Source: Blepharisma stoltei ATCC 30299 (Eukaryota > Protista > Ciliophora). From it: a DNA stretch of 64,000 nucleotides. The stretch lies in NCBI GenBank assembly GCA_965603825.1, contig CBFDEM010000056.1, positions 1-64,000 of the forward strand. Direction: 5' to 3'. The notes beneath the pieces were generated by a model. That model saw only the letters and a program-made list of their open reading frames with translations, searched no databases and had not been told where the DNA came from. Positions 61,866-64,000 of the stretch are shown piece by piece. Made by a program: the position numbers and the translations under genes. How positions within the stretch are numbered: the stretch's first letter is position 1; each line of letters opens with the position of its first letter.

Positions 61866-61931
61866 AAAATTATAGCAATTGCCCGAGGATGGCGCTATCT
61901 TGCGCCATCCTCGGGCATTTCCTATATTTTT
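61866..61931. repeat. GC-rich palindrome: perfect 16-bp stem, 6-nt loop, imperfect AT-rich extension
   Basis: TGCCCGAGGATGGCGC-TATCTT-GCGCCATCCTCGGGCA (61880-61917), extending outward to TATAG...CTATA. Confidence 0.95.
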
Positions 61932-61969
61932 TAATGGAAGAAATAGTAATTAATAAATTATAAAAACAG

Positions 61970-62920
61970 TTAAGTAGACAATCGGCTATTTTCAAAATTT
62001 TTTAACTTTTCCCGAGAATTTGGAGAATAGTGCAAATCTTTTGTTTTTGGAGATTTCCACTGGCTTGTTACTATAATATCAGCTAATTCTACCTTTTTAG
62101 GTCCAGAATACGAGTCTTCAGAAATCTTGTCAAAGCTAGCTTTGGAGTTTCTTTTTGGAGAAAACGAGCTTAGTCTTTTCTTAAAAACTCGCTTGTTTCC
62201 ATTATCAAAATCCTCATTGCTAATAAATGATGATTTTTTACTAATTGGGCTAAGAAAATCCGTATTGACAGCAAATGAAGATTTCTTATTATTTGGGCTA
62301 AGAAAATCCTTATTAGCGATAAATGATGATTTTCTACTATTTAATCTGGGAAAATACCTTGTTTGCTTTTTAGAATGGGGAGATGGGGTTGAGTCTAAAT
62401 TTATTATCTTTTTTGTCTGAGGTTTAGATTTAGTCATATCTACAATATCAGTAATTACAATTTTCCTTGGCCTGTTTAAAGTCCCATCAAAAGTATTTTC
62501 AATTGATTTTTTACTGCTTACAGGAGAGAGACTAGACTTTTTCTTCTTTGTCTTTCTTTGAGATTTTTCAATAATTATTTTTTCTATATCTATATTTGAC
62601 AGCTTTTCTATCATTTTCTCCGCGGAGTCATTTTGATTTAAAAATTTCAAAGATTTTAAATAATTGTAATTGTTTTCTCTTTCCTTCATTCTGCATCTCA
62701 CCCTATTCAAAATTTCTCCTAAATTGCCTTCTATTGGAGCTAGTTTTACATGTTTTGGGGAAATTTTCTCCTTAGTTCCTCCATATAATTCTATATATGG
62801 AAACTTTAATTCTTGCTTTGGCTGCTCTTTATGCGCAATTTCTTTTGCTGAGAGTATATTTTTTATCAAGCTATTGATATCAATTTCGTTTCCACTAAGG
62901 CTTTTGATGCTATTTTCCAT
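61970..62920 (-). CDS. Basic Lys/Ser-rich hypothetical protein, 316 aa
   Basis: Open ATG-TAA frame with three 16-aa KSSF..N.DF(LSP) repeats at ~62205-62340. Confidence 0.75.
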   Translation of the reverse strand: MENSIKSLSGNEIDINSLIKNILSAKEIAHKEQPKQELKFPYIELYGGTKEKISPKHVKLAPIEGNLGEILNRVRCRMKERENNYNYLKSLKFLNQNDSAEKMIEKLSNIDIEKIIIEKSQRKTKKKKSSLSPVSSKKSIENTFDGTLNRPRKIVITDIVDMTKSKPQTKKIINLDSTPSPHSKKQTRYFPRLNSRKSSFIANKDFLSPNNKKSSFAVNTDFLSPISKKSSFISNEDFDNGNKRVFKKRLSSFSPKRNSKASFDKISEDSYSGPKKVELADIIVTSQWKSPKTKDLHYSPNSREKLKNFENSRLST

Positions 62921-63067
62921 TAAAAATAATTATTCTCTCAAATTTTGTTGGTATTGATATATAATAACACTATAAATATTTTAAGAAAAATATTTTCCCA
63001 TCTACAAAGAACCAAAAATTTTGATAATTACAATAAATTAATTATATTAAGACATAGATTTCTTATA

Positions 63068-64000
63068 TTAATAAGGATATGCTCTATGGACCATCTTCAG
63101 CTTCGTCTCACATAACGAGCATTTTCCATGTGGATGATTTGTAGGGATCTTCTTATCTAGCGACAGTCCTAGTTCATTTAGACACACATTGCAGTACATT
63201 AAATGTCCACAAGGGACGAAAACAGTGTTTTTCTTTTCATTCATACAAATAACACAAAGTTCTCGGTCTTGATATTCCCTGACAATAATTTCTCTTTCTT
63301 GCACCCTTTGCATTTCAATATATTTTTTCATATCTGGCGCTTTATTTTCTTCGAAATTTTTCTTTTGTACATAAAGCTGCTCGTTTAGCCTCTCAATGGT
63401 ATCAGCCATCTGCTTTTCTATTGCATTTTTTTCTTCAAGCTGCCTTTGTAAGAATATTATTTTTGTGCCTCTTTCGTCGATTTCTTTTCGTGACTTATCA
63501 GATTGCTCCAAAATTGTTTCTTTTTGCTTTTTAGTCTGAGTTTTTAAGTTTTGTAAATCTGCTTCAAAGTTCATGCGGTTGGCTTCTTTTTCTCGTCTTT
63601 CCCTGTCGATTTCTTCTGCTAGTTTTTGCAGCTCTTTATCATAGCCAGTTTTTAAATTTCTTATTAAAGCTTCTGTTTTAGTCCTAAGGTCTTGGATTTC
63701 TTGATCTTTATCTAGTAACTTTTGCTGGAATTCGACTTTTACTGTATTTTCAAACTCATAGACTAAGCCGTCACATTTTATTTTAAATTCATTTCTTTCC
63801 TGAGCCAGTTTTTCGCATTCTTCTTGTAAAAGCCGATTTTGATTTTCAAGAAAAGAAATTTTTTCTTCATGCGATTTTAATTTATTTTGGTAAGCTGACA
63901 AAGTGTCATGCTTTCCATATAAAAGTGAATGAGGCACTGCAAAAAGCCCAAGCTCTGAGTCTGTGACGGCTGAGCCAAACCCTGTGTCTTCTGTTCTATG
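63068..64000 (-). CDS. Coiled-coil protein with C-terminal C3HC4 RING finger, 5' partial
   Basis: CVIC....KNTVFVPCGHLMYCNVC...CSLC; the frame stays open to the window edge. Confidence 0.88.
   Translation of the reverse strand, partial: HRTEDTGFGSAVTDSELGLFAVPHSLLYGKHDTLSAYQNKLKSHEEKISFLENQNRLLQEECEKLAQERNEFKIKCDGLVYEFENTVKVEFQQKLLDKDQEIQDLRTKTEALIRNLKTGYDKELQKLAEEIDRERREKEANRMNFEADLQNLKTQTKKQKETILEQSDKSRKEIDERGTKIIFLQRQLEEKNAIEKQMADTIERLNEQLYVQKKNFEENKAPDMKKYIEMQRVQEREIIVREYQDRELCVICMNEKKNTVFVPCGHLMYCNVCLNELGLSLDKKIPTNHPHGKCSLCETKLKMVHRAYPY

Noticed and set aside
3012-64000. TAA/TAG reassigned to Gln or context-dependent stops
   Set aside because: No intact gene needs TAA/TAG read-through; internal ones lie in introns or in loci with other lesions.
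14781-64000. tRNA, rRNA, transposase or histone 3' stem-loop
   Set aside because: None recognised by eye; a covariance-model scan would be needed to exclude small RNAs.

Overview
Telomere-capped end of a gene-dense, AT-rich eukaryotic chromosome. It is most likely the somatic (macronuclear) genome of a heterotrich ciliate, probably Blepharisma. Three signatures agree: a (CCCTAACA)n telomere at 1-3027, TGA read as Trp with only TAA/TAG as stops, and 15-16 nt GT-AG introns with an invariant A six nt from the 3' end. The supplied standard-code ORF track is therefore fragmented; re-reading it by eye gives about 29 genes. The standout is a single ~3,920-aa secreted/surface-type protein (alternating Cys-rich and LamG/ConA-like modules, 14780->3012) that runs directly into the telomere, which supplies its stop codon. 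Other notable structure: a birth-and-death cluster (33.7-40.6 kb) with two intact Zn-finger/coiled-coil/RING-like genes, three relics of that family, a pirin pseudogene, a ~2.2 kb tandem duplication and a 326-bp TA-bounded IES-like indel; a GC-rich palindrome at 61.9 kb; convergent genes with overlapping stop codons; and a divergent H4/H3 pair whose H3 tail lacks both ARKS motifs. All family calls come from motif recognition, not database searches.
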